Assembly (NCBI GenBank): GCA_001179505.1
Contig: CDMY01001057.1
Coordinates: 124,001-188,000, forward strand
DNA: 64,000 nt
From: Vitrella brassicaformis CCMP3155
Taxonomy: Eukaryota > Protista > Chromerida
Reading direction: 5' to 3'
Part shown: piece after piece, positions 59,701 to 64,000 of the stretch
How positions within the stretch are numbered: position 1 is the stretch's first letter
Layout: each line of letters begins with the position of its first letter
The notes under the pieces: generated by a model
The model's database searches: none
What the model saw: only the letters and a program-made list of their open reading frames with translations
What the model was told of the DNA's origin: nothing
Made by a program: the position numbers and the translations under genes

Positions 59701-62700
59701 CCTCTCGCCCTACCGAGTCGTCACCCTCCACACGCCCACATGGACGCTCATGTCGCCCACTCCTGAGGCAGCCGAGGGCGAGCAGGCAGGATCATCGTCG
59801 GCTGTGAAGGGCCGGTGGAAGGGTCGAGTCAACTTCGGCACGCTGAAGCGGTGTGGTTTCTATGACTGGCGGGTGGTACGGGCGTCGGTGGAGCGGGGCA
59901 CATGGGAGGTCGTACACAAGGTACGGTACGCAGGCAGGCGGCAGGGGAGAGAAGGTGCGGTTCTTTCCTCATTTTGTACCTCTCTCCCGCTCGTGTGTGT
60001 GTGTGTCTGTGTGTGTGTGTGCCAGACTCGCCGGCAGCAGCGAACCAACAGCGCGAAGGACCTGTCGACTCTCCAAGCCAGGGGAGACGCCCCACCAACA
60101 CCGCCAGGTATGTCGCTGCCCGTTGCCCCCTCCCCATTGCCGTGATCGTGCACTGCTGATCTCTCTCTCTCTCATCTATGTGTGTTTGTGTGTGTTGATC
60201 GCACAGACTTTGACGATGAGATCTCCAAGTCGTTCCCACTGCAAGGCCGCTGGATCGTCCAGAGGGCCCACATGGACTCGGAACAAATGCACGAAGTCTT
60301 CGTCGACGGCAAGCGGGCAGCACTCGACCATGAAACTGGTACACACACACACACACGGACACGAACGATTGCGAATCTCTCACAATACATGCGTGATATG
60401 TCTTGTCTCAACAGGTGAGCTGCTGTCCCGCGGCAGTTTCGCCACCGTTACACCTGCCCTGGACGGCCTGCGCAAGAGCGGCATAACGACACTTTACCTC
60501 ATGGGCGCGCTTTCACGCGACAACGGGCAGCCGCACTACACCAACTCGGGAGACGTCGTGTACCCCAGACCTGACGCTTCTCCGTTCGCCGTGACGTGCC
60601 GCGCCACGCCCAACAGCATGTTGGGCGGCCCTGGAGGCTTCCTGGACCTCATGCGGGAGGCCAAGAAGGTCGGCATCAAGATCGTCGTCGACAGCCTGTC
60701 CAGGATCGCATCAAGCAGGTGGGCAGAGTGTTGGGAGGACGGCATACAATGTGTTTGTTGTGTGGACACTCTTCCTTCGTGTGTGTGGTGTGGTGTTTGG
60801 TGCAGGGCTCACCGTCGGTATGGTCCCCATCTGCTGTACACCCTCGACGACAACGGCAAGAAAGTCATGCTATACGGAACCGACGGCAGGTCAGCCAAAG
60901 ACGATACAACAAAAGACGACTGATGGGGCGTGAAATCATGATTGTTGGTCTCCTTTCGTTTCGTGGGTGCCCGATACGTGTAGGTCGGTGTCGTATGAGG
61001 ACACGGCGATGCTCAACTACCGCAAGGTGGAGACGTGGGACCTGCTGGTGGACGACATCAAGGCATGGGCCGCACGATACGGCATCGACGGCGTCCGACT
61101 CGACAACGCACAGGCATGGCCGCAGATCATGCAGGCTGACCTCGAGGAGCTCGGACGGGAGGACCCCGACGGACAGCCGCACTACAGACCACAAGACATA
61201 CTCGATGCAGAGGTCAGTCACCCAACAATAAGGGCAACTGATGTCCGTCGAGCGGTCGTCTCATTGTGTGTGGGGGGGTGTTTGTGTGTTCAGATTGTGT
61301 TGCCGATAGAGGTCGGTGCCGGTTTCTGGGACACGTTGGCGGTGCAGAAGGGCCGGTGGCCCAACCCGCTGTTCGTCAAGCTGTGCAACGAGATGTGGTC
61401 CTACTTCCCCGACTTCCTCGTCATTGGAGAGTGCTGGGAGGGACCTGGTATATATGCCCCGCCATCCATTCACACACTATCGCCTTTATCCATGGGTCGG
61501 TCTGTCTGTCCATTTCAAATCAGGTCTCGAGGACCGCAAGGGCGTGTTGAGCACATCAGGTGTGGTGCCCCACGTGCACCAGCTGCCGCTCACTCTCTCG
61601 CGCCTCTTCGGCCGACACATCGAGGCCGACGGACAAATCACAGACGGGCACAGACCTGAGACCGTCGCATCACTCAAGGTACTACTCACATACACAAGCA
61701 GATACACAGACGTGAGAGATGGGCCGCTGATGGACGTCACCTACCTGCTCTGTTTCTATCGCTCAGCGCTGGCTGGACGACTCTCACTACGGTCTGCCCG
61801 ACGGCGCCTTCTGCATTCAGGGCTCCACCAGCCCGTCGTCGCCCTACCCGGCCCTGCTGTACGGCCGGGGTGCCTGGCCTGCAGTGGACCTGCTCTTCTT
61901 CCTCCCAGACATCCCCATGACCCTCTTCGGAGAAATGGCCGGAAGAAGCTTCAGGTCAGTCAGTCAGTCAGTCAGGCGTATATACATCTGACTGACGCCT
62001 CTCCATTTCTCTCAATGCATCATTTACCGTCCTCTCTTGCATATATCCAGGCTCGATGTGACGAACGTGTTCCAGTCCCACAGTCTGCAGCGGCAGCTGT
62101 CCATGGGCCAGCTGTCCCCGCCCCTCGAGCCAGGCTCAGACAAGCGCTCCGAGCTGCGTCGTGGCGCCGGCGGGCACAGCTACAACCGCAGCAACAGCTC
62201 CATCCTGCCCCACACAGGCACCACCAGGAACCGCGGCACCAGCCTCACACGCACTGGCTCATCCGAGAAGTTCGACCTTCTGCGGCTCCGCTCGTCCAAG
62301 TCTCAGCTCAACTTGCAGGAGAGTGGAGGCAGCGGGCTCAACCAGTACGGTGCCCGCGACCGCGGTGCCACAGGTGCCATGCAGGGAGGGCTGCCGTCAC
62401 AGAGTGGCGCGGAGGCGCTGCGGCCTTTGACGCGTGTGCGGTCGCTCAACTCGCTGGAGCAGCTGAGTGCGCTGCCTCATCTGGAGGAGGAGCACAAGCG
62501 GAAGGTGCTGGGCGACTCGGCCCCTGCTGACAGCGATGGTGGGCCGGGCGGGGGGTGGCTGGACGCCGCTATGAGCGGTATATTCGACCTGAGGCGGATC
62601 CGCCAGCACTACGACCACAGGCGATACCTGCGACACAAATGGCCGCTGTTCAGACAGGTGACAGAGGGACCAGACAGCGGCACACACGCACGCACAGAGC

Positions 62701-64000
62701 CCACTAACCTGCTCCGTGTGTCTGTGGTGTGTTTCAGGGTCCAGTGGTGCCGCTGAAGGTGTACGACGCCCGCAACCCCAGCGGCCATGGCTCAGACGCC
62801 GCGTGGCTGCCACAGGTGCTCGCATTCGTCAGGCCAAAACGGGGGCTCAATGGCAGCAGCAGCACCTCTCCGCGGTCGCCCAACAAGACCGCCACAACGA
62901 CGGCGCCCACCACAGTGGGTGGGGGCACGCAGCCGGCTGACGGGGGTGAGGTGCTCGACCCGCTGAGGGCCGAGATGGTCCTGGTGGTCATCAACTTCGG
63001 CACGTCCAAGGTGGAGGGCACCATTTGCTTCCAGTCACTGTGGCCACTTTTCCAAACATACGGTAGGGATGCACCCACACAGACAAACCGCTAAATCACC
63101 CGCAGAACGAACATTGCTGCGTGTGTGTGTATGTGTATGTGTGAACAGAGGAGACGTCTATGATGGAGATCATTGACCTGTTGAGTGTGCCGGAGCAGAG
63201 CGTCGACATGTTCAGCCTCACCGAGTTCCTCGACACCAAACACGTCTTCCACATCCCCGCATTCGGCACCATCTGCCAGGCGGTCCAGGTGGCCTCAGAC
63301 ACGGCCCTCCTCGCCGCCAGCGACCGCCAGCGCAAGAACTCCACCGACGGCAAGAGCCGCAACGAGCTGCTCCAGCAGTTCTACACCTGCAGCCTCCGGC
63401 GGCTGTCCGAGGCACTCAAGGCCGGCCTCGACTGCAGCAACAACTTCATCTTCGCCAACATACTGAGGGCCATCAAGGACAGACCGGATGTTGACGGGCT
63501 CGCGTCGGTGCTGCAGGTACACAGGGCGGCGGGGCGGATGGGAGGGCCGTATGTCTCTCATCTGGCATGCTCTGTGCTGTCCTTGTGTGTCTGTGTGTGT
63601 GTGTGTGTGTGTGTGTTGATCATGACAGGAGTTCTACGTCTTGCAGAAGCTGTACGAGAACGCCCCCTCTCTGTACAGTCTCTTTGTCGAGACGGGCATC
63701 TTTCACAACAACGAAGTCGGCGCTAGGCTCTTCGCCAAGCTGCAGCGCATCAAGGAAGGCGGCAAAGAAAGTACGCACGCCACTCATCGGCACCAGAGAC
63801 GCACACACCACACACACACATGCAACATGCCTGATGGCGCGTGTGCGTGCAGACTCTAAGTGTGGTGCGGTCATCTTCGCCAAGAGCCTGCTGGATGCCA
63901 ACCGCCTCGGCCCCATCGCGTTTGTGGCGCCCGAGCTGGGCCGATGGTCGACGGTGGGAGGACTGGGCGTCATGGTCGATGAGCTCTCATGGTCACTGGC
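56800..64000 (+). CDS. Very large GH13 alpha-amylase-like / GT5 starch (amylopectin) synthase fusion; partial, continues past window end
   Basis: Long low-complexity N-terminus, then GFYDWRVV, GITTLYLMGAL, REAKKVGIKIVVD, YGIDGVRLDNAQ, LVIGECW, PDIPMTLFGE (GH13 barrel). At the window end, PIAFVAPELGRWSTVGGLGVMVDEL marks the GT5 N-terminal nucleotide-sugar loop. Confidence 0.9.

Overview
Intron-rich, GC-rich eukaryotic genomic DNA. Introns are short and packed with (TG)n/(CA)n/(GACA)n microsatellites, and there are three 300-N assembly gaps. The intron style, a bipartite plastid-type presequence and an alveolate-type amylase/starch-synthase fusion suggest a chromerid such as Vitrella brassicaformis (inference, not verified). 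I spliced about 19 gene models by eye: an IQ/PAM2 protein (runs off the left edge), a CAMK-like kinase, a small putative plastid protein, dPGM (gpmA), an RluA pseudouridine synthase, a PDI ending in KDEL, a TVP15/COPI-associated + EF-hand protein, a group I truncated haemoglobin, a coiled-coil protein, an RWHPDKF (J-like/NFKBIL1-like) protein, an ankyrin-coiled coil-RING protein, a small PAM2 + YxxxxL(phi) protein, a MATCAP/DUF1704 carboxypeptidase, a two-RRM protein, PGM2, a decayed ACC-deaminase/D-cysteine-desulfhydrase-like gene, a hypothetical gene with an internal duplication, a chimeric gene carrying an arylsulfotransferase-like fragment, a degenerate KH protein and a GH13-GT5 fusion (runs off the right edge). 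Most genes sit in head-to-head pairs, and several promoter regions carry the palindrome GAGATCTC. The best second-look candidates are (1) a tandem ~241-bp tRNA-derived Pol III-like unit whose left end abuts degenerate TTTAGGG repeats, (2) the small protein combining PABP- and eIF4E-binding motifs, (3) the pseudogene missing its catalytic motifs and (4) the promoter palindrome. Exon boundaries are manual, and all family assignments come from recalled motifs, not database searches.
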